From the NCBI GenBank assembly GCA_946965045.2, contig OX337235.1, positions 930,001 through 994,000 of the forward strand: a stretch of 64,000 bases of DNA, written 5' to 3'. Below, in pieces: positions 11,586-23,429 of the stretch (the stretch's first letter is position 1; each line of letters begins with the position of its first letter). Made by a program: the position numbers and the translations under genes. The notes below the pieces were generated by a model that saw only the letters and a program-made list of their open reading frames with translations, was not told the origin of the DNA and made no database searches. The DNA comes from Epithemia pelagica (taxonomy: Eukaryota; Protista; Bacillariophyta).

Positions 11586-12608
11586 TTAGTTTTCGGATAC
11601 CACAGCCGATTGGACGGGGTTGTACACAAAGTTGAAACTGCAGTCATGGACGTTGGCAAAGGTAGGGTTGCCACTGGTCCGGAGTTTGAAGCACAAAAAG
11701 TTTTCAAAGTCGGCATGAGAAATCTTGGCATTCTTAAAGGTCACCTTTTCGACAGGACCAGTGGCACCAACACGACCAACCACAATGGTCACAGCATCGG
11801 CATTGGCGTTGCAGCAGCATCGTGGATCATCGTCGTCGTAGGGGCAGCACAATCCACAACTGCGTTGCAACCAACCTTGGTGATCGCCGCCAACCGGAAT
11901 ATCGGCAATGGTTTCAAAGGACGTAATGGCAAGACCAGACTTGGAGAAGGCTTCACTGTGAGATTCTGTGACAATCTTGTTGAGGATCTCGCTATCGACA
12001 GGGGACATTTCGTGAGCAAGGCCAAGCAAGGAGAGTTGCGCTTCCGTAATGGCTTCGTTGGCATAGGCAGTTTCGACCGGGCCTTGACTGTTCAATCCAC
12101 TGTGCTCCACGAAAGAAAAGGAGCAATCCTTGGCACGGGCAAAGTTGGCATAGCCAGACTTGCGGAGACGTTCGCACAAATTGTTTTCAAACGCTTGGTG
12201 AAGGCTTGCAAAGTTGGCGGCCTCGGCGGCTCCAAATCCATCCTTGTAGTATTGGACTTCGACTTGAGCGTTGATAAAGGCCGCTTCTTCATTATCCTGT
12301 TTGTTGGCAGTTGTCCACCAGAAGGAGTCGGCTGGAATGGTGGAAAATCCACGAGCTTCCAAGTTGGCAATTTTCTGTCCAGCCTTGTCAAATCCCAAGG
12401 CGTGGTTGTAGGCGGTGACGGCTTGCTTGGACACGTACTTGACTTCTTCGGGGCTGACCACATCGTGAAGACCACCAATGACAATACGGGCATCGTAGGT
12501 TTCGGTGGCAGCACTGTCAAGGAAGCTGCCAAAGGCGGAACGCAAGCTGAACTCAGCGGCAGTAGCAGAGGAAACAAAAGAGGCAAAAGTGAGCAACGAA
12601 ATCTTCAT
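11586..12608 (-). CDS. Secreted protein with two tandem ~150-aa domains, function unknown
   Basis: Start at MKISLLTFASFVSSATA (signal peptide). Two copies of FEN.LC..LR.SG...FA...DCSF.FV. The second domain contains CGLCCPYDDDDPRCCC. Confidence 0.85.
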   Translation of the reverse strand: MKISLLTFASFVSSATAAEFSLRSAFGSFLDSAATETYDARIVIGGLHDVVSPEEVKYVSKQAVTAYNHALGFDKAGQKIANLEARGFSTIPADSFWWTTANKQDNEEAAFINAQVEVQYYKDGFGAAEAANFASLHQAFENNLCERLRKSGYANFARAKDCSFSFVEHSGLNSQGPVETAYANEAITEAQLSLLGLAHEMSPVDSEILNKIVTESHSEAFSKSGLAITSFETIADIPVGGDHQGWLQRSCGLCCPYDDDDPRCCCNANADAVTIVVGRVGATGPVEKVTFKNAKISHADFENFLCFKLRTSGNPTFANVHDCSFNFVYNPVQSAVVSEN

Positions 12609-13454
12609 TGTATCGATGATGCAAGGCTTGCTGGATGGGGTGGATGCTTGTAGTTTTCCAGTTTCAGAAATTGTGAGCATGAAGTGTTTGAAAATCCGAT
12701 ATTGAGTGTTTCACCGTTTGGGTTTTGGTCCTAGTACCAAGTCTACACGTATCTACGGATCGCAGTACCAATTCTAGAAGTTTATACTGAACTCCTTCTC
12801 TGATTGGACAGGACCATATTTTAAGACATGTGGGTGAGACCACGAGGTGAATGGGCCTTACAGAGGAGGTACATCGGTTCTCTCTGGTTATGGGAATAGA
12901 TTTGTACGCCACCATGCACCAATGCCTGCTATTTTCTCTCGTTTGGATTGGTGGAACATCCGAGGTCTGACTTTATCTGCGGCACTAATGTAGGGAACCT
13001 GCTCGAATTTCGATTGGTCGATTACCCGCGTGTGCGTTTTCCGATTGGGTGATTACTCAAATGATACATCATACATCTTCGAATGGGTTCTTGTTTCTTG
13101 TGGGTTTTGTTCCCGCGGTGGTGGTCGTGCCGATTGGTCGCTTGAGAGCCTGTCGGTCGCACGACGAATCATTGTGTCGTTCTGCTGACTCTGTTTTCTT
13201 GGTTGAAAATCTATGTCAAAGATTATCCATGCCAACATAATTTTCTCTTCATACTGGTAGCCTAATGTGTAGGGAGAATGTCCATGTTATGGTCCTGAGT
13301 TATTGAATCACAAGCATATTATGGGTAACTAGAAGTGTTGGACAAAACGACAGTTAGTTCTTGGTTCGAAAACCTTAGATTGGCATCACTGACGACTTGC
13401 CTTACTCAAAGCAATTAAAAAGGCTGCTTATCAGACCACCGAATCCATCTTAAC

Positions 13455-13617
13455 AAAACGACTTCATTGAGCACGCAATTTGCGACGGTCGTTTTGGTCG
13501 ACCTTGACATTGGGTCCAATAAAGCATTATGGTTTCAGCAAGGCTCATGGCGAAGTGACTTCGTTTTGTACGGTAGCCTTGGACTTTGTCGAATGGGACC
13601 AGGGTGATCCAGATCGG
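13455..13617 (+). pseudogene. Deleted fragment duplicated from the C2-domain gene at 16.6-17.0 kb
   Basis: aaaacgacttcattga (matching 16581-16596) is joined directly to gcacgc..ttgcgacggtcg (matching from 16883). It encodes RRSFWSTLTLGPIKHYGFSKAHGEVTSFCTVALDFVEWD. Confidence 0.85.
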
Positions 13618-14261
13618 AAACGAGCCTATGGATTGGCGTCCCAGAGGCCAGAGGGTCGGTTGATTGTTTTGTGGTTATGCTATCCATATCCATTGTGTCG
13701 GCGTGCATGGCTTCTGCTTCCGAGTTCCGAGTGGGGGATATTACAAGACCAGAACATAGGAGCATGACCAGATTGGCACACGCGCCACATATTTGAAAAT
13801 ATTCGAGATTTGGTCTTGTGAATGACTTTTTACGCGCGCAGAGAGATCTAATTAGGTGTGAATGTGTCCGTTGCGAGGAAAAAATGGTGAATGGAAAGAC
13901 CCCATCGTCTCTTGAATCTTGATGAATCTGAAGATGATTTCCCCAGCGGCGTTGATACGTCTCGGGTTTTTCGTCTTCTGTGATGGACGCGATAAATTAG
14001 TTGTGCGACAAAGATGACTGAAACATACGACCTTCAACGACCGCTCGGGACATGGGACACAGACATAAGCTCTGCGATAGCAATACTCGCAGAGCATACA
14101 ACAGAAAATTTGAGACGGCGTGTGACCAAAAGATCAACCTTTCCCACGACACGATGCTTTGCTCTTTCCCACAAAGTCGAGTTCTTCCAGCCACTCCTCT
14201 TGCTGTCACACCAAGATCATTCTTCCATGGATCACTGTCAAGGCAAAGGACGTTTACTACA

Positions 14262-15734
14262 ATGATCAAAACGACCAAGCAAACTGTTTTTTCTCTCGTC
14301 CTTCTCTTAGCTTTGTACTGCGGAGACGCCGCGGATCGTACCACCCCTGCTGCCTTTCAAGCCTCTTCCTCCAACCAAGGATGGGAGCATCAGGTGGTTC
14401 CCGAAGTGCGCCGTTTGCCCGAGAAGAAGGAGAACTCCTATGGCTATTATCAGAAAAAGGGTAAGAAAAACAAACTTGCCAAAGATGACGATTCTTCCGA
14501 CAAGGGCAAGGGCAAGAAGGGATACGACTACGACTACAGCAAGGGCAAAGGCAAGGGCGAGAAAGAATACGATGACTACAGCAAGGGCAAAGGCGGCGGT
14601 AAAAAGGACTATAAAGAAGAAAAAGAGTATACCAAGGGCAAAGGTGGTGGTAAAAAGAGTAGTGGTGGTGGTGGCGACAAAGAATGTGACGAAAATAGCT
14701 GTTGCATTTCCGACCCATTGTTTTGGTCGCAAGATCCTTGGTTGCCCGTGGAGGACAAAGAGGACGGTGCCAATCGAACCGCCATTCCAGCTTTGACGCA
14801 GCCCTTTTACAATGAAGTAAACGACGTCCATGCTACTGTCTCTGCGAAGGATACCAAGTTGATTCTGAGCATCAACGGGAACTGGTACCCGGCCTTGGCA
14901 CGCCTTTTGAACGAAGTGTATTTCCCCAAAGATCCATCGTATAAGGACAGTTACTTGTATACCACCAGTCCACCCATTGGTAATCCTCAAACGGACAATG
15001 GTATCCTCAAGGTGGGAAATGTCCTTTTTACGGATGCAGCACCACATTATTTCACAGGAGCTGGATTCATTCTCAACCAACTTGGAGACAAGGTGGACAA
15101 TGACACTCGTGAAAACTTTATTTCTACGTACGGCAGTGTCATTTTGAAACGCATGGGTGACACCACCATTAACACATTCTGGGATTTGAAGAAATTGACA
15201 GCTGAACGTTTCGCCACGTCGGATCCCAAGGGAGAGCCGGGCTCATTCACCAACGCATATAGGTTCAGTGTGTACAACATTGCCTTGAATATGCCACGTC
15301 GTCCATACTTATCCAATGAGACCATTTACGCCGAAGCCGAAGCATTGAGAGACCAGTTATTCAATGAGAACGTCGTCACCATTGGACAGCCCATGTGGCG
15401 TAGTATCCCTCATGTGATTGCCAATAATGAAGCCGATGCTGGTCTTCTCTTTCTTCATTTGGCTGTGGCAGCTATGCGAGACAATCCAGGTGTCTTTTCT
15501 GCCATTTACCTTGATAAGAATGTGACCGGTGAAACATCTGATCCAGAAGTGCTGGTGAAAAAACAGCGAAACCCCTTGGAGGGGAACCGTGTTGGCACCT
15601 TTGCCATTGTCAAAACGAGCAGCACTCTTACTGGGCCTCAAAATGACGCTGGAGAAGACTTTCTCGACGCGTTAAGGTCAGATGAGTTTACTAAAATCCT
15701 CGACGACGAAGGCTTGCGTCGCAATGTGTTTTAA
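14262..15734 (+). CDS. Secreted ModA-like solute-binding protein with N-terminal Lys/Tyr/Gly-rich repeat module, copy 2 (intact)
   Basis: ATG at 14262 (MIKTTKQTVFSLVLLLALYCGDA, signal peptide), RRL at 14408-14416, KGKG/YDDYS repeats, then an uninterrupted domain with SINGNWYP, YLYTTSPP, FATSDP and WRSIPHVIANNEADAGLLF, resembling bacterial ModA-like binding proteins. Confidence 0.85.
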   Translation: MIKTTKQTVFSLVLLLALYCGDAADRTTPAAFQASSSNQGWEHQVVPEVRRLPEKKENSYGYYQKKGKKNKLAKDDDSSDKGKGKKGYDYDYSKGKGKGEKEYDDYSKGKGGGKKDYKEEKEYTKGKGGGKKSSGGGGDKECDENSCCISDPLFWSQDPWLPVEDKEDGANRTAIPALTQPFYNEVNDVHATVSAKDTKLILSINGNWYPALARLLNEVYFPKDPSYKDSYLYTTSPPIGNPQTDNGILKVGNVLFTDAAPHYFTGAGFILNQLGDKVDNDTRENFISTYGSVILKRMGDTTINTFWDLKKLTAERFATSDPKGEPGSFTNAYRFSVYNIALNMPRRPYLSNETIYAEAEALRDQLFNENVVTIGQPMWRSIPHVIANNEADAGLLFLHLAVAAMRDNPGVFSAIYLDKNVTGETSDPEVLVKKQRNPLEGNRVGTFAIVKTSSTLTGPQNDAGEDFLDALRSDEFTKILDDEGLRRNVF

Positions 15735-16696
15735 GTTCCAATGTTCTTTTATTTCTATTTTGCAGCAACGTTTCCATAAGCTTGAATCTAAGCTAATCGA
15801 AATACATGTGTTTATATCAAAACCTCGACAGTGTATTGTCACCTGTTCACTCCTTTGAATAGGTTTGTGTTTGCTCCGTGGTCGTCGCTTGAGATTCTGA
15901 TGGACGCGCGACGAATTATGGAATGGATGTGTGTTGACTTTTGATGCGGAATGCGGAATGCGGAATGCGTCCATGCGGGTTTCCTCATGTTGTGGAGGGA
16001 AGATGTCCATTTGCCTGTCTCGACTCGTTGAAATAACAGCAATATCTGCCCATAGTAACCAAGTGCCAAATAAGTATCATCAAATAAAGCCGGTTCTGTG
16101 TTCTTTGCACGAAAACCTGCGATTGGTCTCGCTTTCGACTAAGATCACTTGAAGCAATGAAAGTCACTCTTTCAGACCATCGAATCCATGGTAGTAAGAC
16201 TACTTCACGGTGATTCATTCCTTTAGAGGAGGGTCGCCCGGCGCGGAGGGTAGAATGACGAGACGGGCATATGTCTTGTCGGGCATACGCCCTCCTCGAA
16301 CATACACCCGTCTCGTCATTCTACCGACAAGCCGGGCGCCCGACGAGGAAGGAATGAGAAATCACAGGGGAGTAATCTGTTTACTTTATATCTAGATATG
16401 TAGGTAGTGACTACCGCCCGGTTTTACTATGAGATGGGATGTCGCAGGGACATAATGTTCCTTCCATGATGTCGCGCGATTCGCACGATCACTACTTCCC
16501 GGCTCTACAATAAAATTCTACTGTAAAATAAAAATGTGAGACGAACTACCTGCATAGCTAGGTATATAGGAGTAATTAGCAAAACGACTTCATTGAATCG
16601 AACGCTACGTATGGTTTTACCCACTCATGCAAGATTTGTGCGACCGGCATACCCTTTCTTTTGTGCTGACCATGACGTGAAAGCAGTATTCGAAGC

Positions 16697-18277
16697 ATGA
16701 ATCATTATTCTCCTGAACAAGCCCATCACAACACGTATGAAGGAGCTCGTGCTCGTCAATCCGCCGAGTCCTTGGCAGATAAGGTTCACTGGGAAGAATC
16801 GCTTTCGTTTCGAGGACAACCCTATCGTTATTTGCACCATCAAAAGGGTGTAATCGGAAGGTTCACGGTTCGGTTGTTGGAAGCACGCGAGTTGCGACGG
16901 TCGTATTGGTCGGCCTTGGCATTGGGTCCCGTAAAGCATTTTGGTTTGAGCAAGGCTCATGGAGAAGTGACTTCGTTTTGTACGGTAGCCTTGGACTTTG
17001 TTGAATGGGACCATGACAATCCAGACCGGCAACAAGCCTCTCAATCGGCTTCTCAAACAAAAAGGAGTATCGATTCGAATCCTCTTGTTCTCCCAGGATC
17101 AGAGGATCGTAAACAACCAGCAAGTATTAACCAAAGACGACGCAATTCGACTTGGGTCAACGACGATGAAGATGCGCAACGGAGTCCAGTGGTATCTCGA
17201 AACAACAATCCGGTCTGGGACAATGTGACCATGACTTTTCCCTTGCGCAAAAACGCCATGTCAACCGATGGGATGCGGATTTTGGTCAAGTTACGTGTCA
17301 ATGAAGACTCGACTGCAGTGGAGAATCTCTTACCGATTGGAGGGGGTGGGGAAGACAGTCGTTTGTTGGGACAAGGAGAACTCGATGTCACCAATTTGTG
17401 TTTAGGACAAAACCATGAGGGACAAGCCCTACCAGGGATTATTGATGCATGGATTCCGCTATCACTTCCCAAAGGAGAAAAGGTCGATGAAGACGATTCC
17501 AAACCTCCGCCGTCTCATACAAAGGAAGCTTCATCTCATGCCGCCATGCATTCAAATTCAAAGCAAGACAGTGAAGTCACAGATTTTTCAGCTGCTGCAG
17601 CCAAGAAACACGACCAATCCATGAGTGAATGTACAGGCCGAGTGCGAGTTTTTGTGTCGTACGAGCCGTATGGCATGGAACCTCAAACCAATGACGTGGT
17701 TGCGTTAGAATGTTTTGCGCGTCGTCATTGGCCCTCCACTTCCTGTCGCCCCACGTTGTATCCTCCCTTACAACCCATGCGGGTCCTGGACCGGAGGGGA
17801 CCCTACTTGTTACTGGCGACGGCAACGACAAGAGCAACGACGTCACGGAATCTCCACAACTTACCTCATCGCATTCGTTTGCATCGCAATGCCGTATTTG
17901 TGGTGGAACGACAGAATCTGGTGGATACCGTTCAAAACTTGGTTTGGTTGCCCGCCGATGTCTTTTTGTCCACTCCCATGGGACAAGCAGCCGAAGAAAT
18001 GGCCGGACCTGTGGTTGTGGCGGGCCAACAAGTCTTGATGCCAGCCCTCCTGAGTTTTAAGTTGTTTTGGATGGCCTTTCGGACCACTGCTTTGGCTGGA
18101 TTCTCCAGTGTACAAGCTTTGGGAAGTACCTTTTTGGAAGAAGGGACCAATTCCTTGATGGAGCAAGGTGACCATACAAGGGGCGGAGCAGCGGCAGGAG
18201 GACGACGACGGAATACCAACAACAACAATGTCGAAAACAATACTCGGTCGTCTTCCATCAAACTGGTTCAGCTATGA
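16697..18277 (+). CDS. C2-domain-containing protein
   Basis: 526-aa ORF with C2-type strands GRFTVRLLEAREL, NNNPVWDN..TF, ILVKLRV.ED and LLGQGELDV. Confidence 0.8.
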   Translation: MNHYSPEQAHHNTYEGARARQSAESLADKVHWEESLSFRGQPYRYLHHQKGVIGRFTVRLLEARELRRSYWSALALGPVKHFGLSKAHGEVTSFCTVALDFVEWDHDNPDRQQASQSASQTKRSIDSNPLVLPGSEDRKQPASINQRRRNSTWVNDDEDAQRSPVVSRNNNPVWDNVTMTFPLRKNAMSTDGMRILVKLRVNEDSTAVENLLPIGGGGEDSRLLGQGELDVTNLCLGQNHEGQALPGIIDAWIPLSLPKGEKVDEDDSKPPPSHTKEASSHAAMHSNSKQDSEVTDFSAAAAKKHDQSMSECTGRVRVFVSYEPYGMEPQTNDVVALECFARRHWPSTSCRPTLYPPLQPMRVLDRRGPYLLLATATTRATTSRNLHNLPHRIRLHRNAVFVVERQNLVDTVQNLVWLPADVFLSTPMGQAAEEMAGPVVVAGQQVLMPALLSFKLFWMAFRTTALAGFSSVQALGSTFLEEGTNSLMEQGDHTRGGAAAGGRRRNTNNNNVENNTRSSSIKLVQL

Positions 18278-18468
18278 CACGTTTGCGATAGTTTCTGTAA
18301 TTCTATCGACAAGAAGAGTATAAATGAATGTACAACGATTTGGGTTGGAAGTTGCATCGAATTACATCATTGCTAGCACATAAAAACAGATAGGGTCCTT
18401 TGTGAAGTGCCTTGACAACTTTCGTTTCAGGAGAGGTTGTTAAGGATAAGCTTAGCATGCAGTGCATG

Positions 18469-20415
18469 TTAGGAGAAGAGAGCTTTGATGATGGTACTTG
18501 GCTCGAGCTTTTGTAAGTGATGGTACTTTTGGCCCGTTCCACAAAAGACAATGGGCGCCCCCGTTTCATGAGTCAAGGTGAGAGCGGCACCCACCTTGTC
18601 GGATACGGTGTCAAATTTCGTCAACAACAACCCATTTAATTTGCGTTTGTATCCCAAGGCTTGTTGAAACATTTGGAATTGATCCAATCCATCGTGCCCG
18701 ACCAAGGCCTCACAAACAAACAAGATAAAGTCCGGATTGTTTTCTTGAACCAGCTTGCCCAAGGCTTTCATGAGCGGGGCATTGTTTTGCATCCGGCCGG
18801 CCGTATCAATCAACACGACATCGTGATTGTCCTGTGTCGCTTGTTGAATGGCCAATTTGGCCACGGCACTGGGATCTTTGGCGTACCCCTGCGCAAAAAT
18901 GGGAACCTCCAAGCATTGGGCATGGACCGACAATTGTTCGACGGCTCCACTACGAAATGTATCGCCCGCCACCAAGAGTGGATTGCAACCATTTTGTTTC
19001 AGATAATACGTTAACTTTGCCAAGCTCGTTGATTTTCCTAATGCATAATGCCACAAGAACCAACACAGTCAGAATCCCATATGCCACAAAAGTAAGAATC
19101 ACGCTCTTCTTTGTTTGACCAAGCACCACCCACAGCCGTTACATGCACACAAGACATACTTACCGACTCCATTAATGCCTACAACGACAATGACATAGGG
19201 TGCTTGTTTGTTGGTACTGAAAATGGAGAAATCCGAACTCCCTCGGCGCTTGCTCACGACATTTTGCAACAAATCGACTTGATTCCGTCGCAACAATTGT
19301 TCCAGAGTCGCTTCCAATGCCTGTTTGACTGCTGTTTGCACCCGATACAACTGCGTCAACCGTTTGTTTCGCAACTGTTTCCGGACGGCCGCACACAAGT
19401 CGGAGGCAATTTCGGCCGCAACATTTTTACTCGTCAAGAGTTGTTGCATTTGTTCCAAAGGACCGTCCAAATCGGCATCGGTCAATACTTTATTCCCAGT
19501 TAAATGAGCAAAAAAATTGGACAAGGCCGAAGGAGTTTGCTGTTCTTGTTGCTCTTGTTCCGTTTCATCGGTTTGACCCTCTTGCAAATCTTCTTCGGTA
19601 GGCAAATAGGCAGCTCGAGCTTCTTGTAAAGCACGTTCTTGTGCCTTGGCCTTGTCTTGTTCTGTCTCCTTTTTGCTCATATCTAACCCCTCCATTGCTT
19701 CCTTTGTTACCTTGGCTTTTCCATCGTGCCATTTTCGCTTCTCTTTGCCTTTTTTACCCTTGGCGGCATGCGATGCGGCCTTGTTATTATTGTTGTTCGA
19801 AGTGTCATTTTCCGAGGGTGTAGCTATTGTTGTCGATTGTTGCTGCTCGGGTCTTTGCGTTTTGGATTGGTCCAATAATATCCGAAAGACCTTGTCGAAG
19901 GGTTCTGGATCGGGCGCTCGAAACTGTCCATACAACAAGGACAAGTCATCCTCTGGCTCCAGAGAGGGTTCTTCTTCCTCTTGTTGTTGTTGTGAATTGT
20001 CTCCTCCTGTGTTGCTTACAGCCGCAGCTTCAAAGTATTGTTGATATTCTTGTGCCGTCTTTTGAACCAAGGCCTGTGCCCATTGTTGCAAATATTGTCG
20101 TGGTCCTTCAAACAGAATATCCGGATAAATGGCAACGACAATGGCATCGGTCGTCGTTGTGGTTGTACTCTCACTATTTTGGTGACGTAGTTTTTGATGT
20201 GTCCAACAAAAAGTAATACCATTGGAAATCAAATAGGTCTTATCCTTGGGTGTGGCTGGATCCAACACGAGGGGGAACCAGGATTGTTGCAAAATTTGTT
20301 GGGTGAAGAGAGCACCTCCACCGCCCGTGGTATCCTTGTCAATGACGGACGGATTGGAGGTGTACTGATAGAGGACAACGCCACCCTTGTTGAAAATCGT
20401 CAGAGATTCCAACAT
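18469..20415 (-). CDS. SRPRA: Signal recognition particle receptor alpha subunit (SRP GTPase); intron 19038-19163
   Basis: N-terminal longin-like MLESLTIFNKGGVVLY. Splicing the GT..AG intron restores GINGVGKSTS. Motifs DTFRSGAVEQL, DTAGRMQ, TKFDT and GTGQ.Y present. Confidence 0.96.
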
Positions 20416-20874
20416 GATGAGGATATAAGGATGAGAGGAGAGCAACAAACAGAGACTTATCAAGTGTTGTTGACAAACGAAGTTTGCAACAAGATTGCGA
20501 TGACGATATTGGTTGGACTTTCTCTGGATGACTCAACCGCGACCACCAAAATGTCCTGCGCGACTTTGTACTTTTTTCACGACTGTCGATTGTGATCGTG
20601 CGAAGAGGTGCGAAGCGAGGGGAATTTTGGTGGCCCATTCCCGCCAATGCTGTTCAGTCATGTTTCCTGCGCTGCTTCCTCGCATCGCCATTTTCTTCTC
20701 GTTTTGAGTTTGTTTTTGTCTCTGTCGTCGATTTTTCTTCCCTCCCTTTCGGACATTCAGATTGACGACGAACGACGAGACGTTGACAGTCAGTCTATTG
20801 TATCGTGCATTGATCTTCTCGTTCTCCACCAAGTCTCTTTGTCTTTTTCTCATTACGTCTCCTTCAATACTACT

Positions 20875-21651
20875 ATGAAAGTCGTGGGTCTTTCCATTTG
20901 TCGAACGGGTGCTGACTTGACGGAACCTCTTCCGTTGTCGATTACCAATGATCTTTCCAGCTTTGGGTATTTTCAAAGACCGGTAGGTTGCCGACCACGA
21001 ATGAAGGAACATTGTTTGAGTCATTTTGTTTTTCTCACGTTTTTTGACATGAATTGGTTATCTGGAACACAATGATGCTGTGAAAATGGACGCAACCTTT
21101 TCCTTCTACTACTACGTGACTACGACCTTACCAACATTATACTTACACAACAGAGCGTCAAAGAAATGTTGCTATTTTTGACCAAGACCTTTTTGAAGCG
21201 CACAGAGCCGGGACAACGTCAATCGGTGGAGCATGAGGGATATGTGGTGCATTGTTATGTTCGTTCGGATGGTTTGGCGGGTGCCGTGACGACCGATACG
21301 GAATACCCGGCGCGTGTGGCCTTTGTCATGTTGGGACAAGTCTTGGACGAATATACACAACAATATGGAAGTGACATGTGGTCCGTGGCCACCACACCCG
21401 AGTCCTTGCCCTTTGCCAAGGGAGAAGAATTTGTGGCAAAATACCAAGATCCTGCCGAAGCCGATAAGGTGACCAAAATACAAAGGGATTTGGATGAAAC
21501 CACCTCTATTTTGCACAAGACGATTGATTCCGTCTTGGAGCGTGGGGCCAAATTAGATGATTTGGTTGACAAGTCCAATGATTTGTCGGCACAATCCAAA
21601 ATGTTTTACAAACAGGCCAAGAAAACCAACTCATGCTGCGTCATTTCCTAG
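20875..21651 (+). CDS. YKT6: R-SNARE Ykt6; intron 20983-21153
   Basis: Exon 1 MKVVGLSI...LSSFGYFQRP splices to SVKEMLLF. Longin domain, SNARE core (LERGAKLDDLVDKS.DLS.QSKMFYKQAKK) and C-terminal CCVIS prenylation motif. Confidence 0.96.
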
Positions 21652-22161
21652 ATCCACAACCGCATTCAACAACAACCAATCGAGTCCAATCCTCCTGCCA
21701 TTTCATTCAATCCAATATCCCTGCTGTACCTTGAGGTACTCTAGAATCATAACAAGCCTTCCTCTCTCTCTCTCTCTCTCGTTTACACTTTCACGATTCT
21801 AGTTTGTCACTGGAATTGAGAGGCATGTTTCTAGACTTCTGCTCAAGCGTCAGAGCAAATGCTCCAAAAGGGAACCTGTATCAGATCGAAAGTAGGTGAA
21901 CAGACTGTCTTTCTCGAGCTCTTGTGCACAAGCGGTTTCTGAGTTTTACCTTTTCGTAGAGGCCGTGTCTTTCGGAAATTTTGCGCCCGCTTTATCCATC
22001 CTCATCTTTGTGATGGGAGGCATCGTAGTACGTTCTTCCTGTTTGTCCATAAGAAACCACTATGACGCGAGGACGAATCAAAGCTCTCTCATCGTCAAGA
22101 GGGACCAGGAGTCGTCCAGTTAGAGTAGGACAGTAGATCGACAACCAAAAACGCTTATCTA

Positions 22162-23338
22162 GAGGCAACCTGACTAATTTGGCAGCCTGACTAAATTTGG
22201 TGGGCGGAATTCTGGGGTCACCGCGATGCCACCGTAGAAAACTTTGACAATTTTTAACTTAACTTCTACTTAACCAATTTTGGAATTTGAGGTGTCATTC
22301 AAAAGCCCAGAACGAGATCTGTTACTCAACATTTGGAGCAAAAAACATATGGAGCATAAAAAAAAACATTTAGCGCTTTTATTTCCAAAAACCCAGCGGT
22401 TTTCCTAGCGCTTCAAAAATCGAGCGGGAACATAAAACCTAGCGTTATCACCAAGTACTGTCAATACACAGTCCCCATTTCCCCCAAAATCTCATAACAG
22501 CGACCATTCATTCCCGTGAAACCATGCTTGTATTTGCCGGAATTTTGTTTCTAAATGTGGAAAAATTGCACGACAAATAGAAACAAAAAATCGACATTTG
22601 GTTTTTTGTCTCCATTTGTCCCCAACAAATGCATAATCGACTTCAAAATGTGTTTTTGTCGCCAAATGGATGAAGGAAAGTTTAAATTGGTAGTCTAACT
22701 CAGCTACCTGCCCACACACAGTCTCGGTGCAGTCTACTCCTAGCAAGAAACGTGACAATGACAAAGTCAGCATCCATCAAGGTAACATGAATGCATAGTG
22801 TATACCCAACAACTTCATTGTTGTCAACATGCAATGTCTACCTTCAGCTCCAACAGTATCATTATCAGCACACATCGTGTACATCATGCTAAACCCTATT
22901 CTCGCTGTGTCTTGTCCAGAAGGACTGGCATCTATCTCGACTCCAAGGGAACCAGCAGTATGAACAAGAAGAACTTGATCCTGTCTATTGAGAAAGCCAT
23001 GAAGGACATGAAAGACAATGAATAGGGAAGAAATCCGATTAAATAGTGTTATAGTGAGAAGTTACGTGTCAATTCACGTGATAGCTCGTGTAAAAACAAT
23101 TTGGTCCAAATTAGTACGGGCTATCGCGGTGCCAAATTGTCAGGTAGACCAGATATTTGCCTGAATCCAGAAATCCAGAATAACTCGACCGGGTGTTGAT
23201 CTTTTTCAAAACAAATATTATCAGCAGATAGAGCTCATCGAGCTCTGTCTATTCCGCTGCTTAAAATTGAAAAAGGGCAACATGGTCGTGACTCAGGAAT
23301 TATGGCGTGACTCATGCGCCAAACCGTCAGGTTGCCTC
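22162..23338. mobile_element. Non-autonomous TIR element (MITE-like, TA target duplication; Tc1/mariner-type inferred)
   Basis: TA|GAGGCAACCTGAC ... GTCAGGTTGCCTC|TA. Internal repeats of a CCAAATT.GTCAG motif. No transposase ORF. Confidence 0.75.
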
Positions 23339-23429
23339 TACTCCTCTCTAGAGACTCTAGTAGAGGAGTAGTATGGAGGGTAGCACCTCATCACTGACCA
23401 CACATAGAATGTATAGACAACAGACATAG

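Noticed and set aside
15946-15969. (GCGGAAT)3 as a telomeric or centromeric repeat
   Set aside because: Only about three units in intergenic DNA; too short to interpret.
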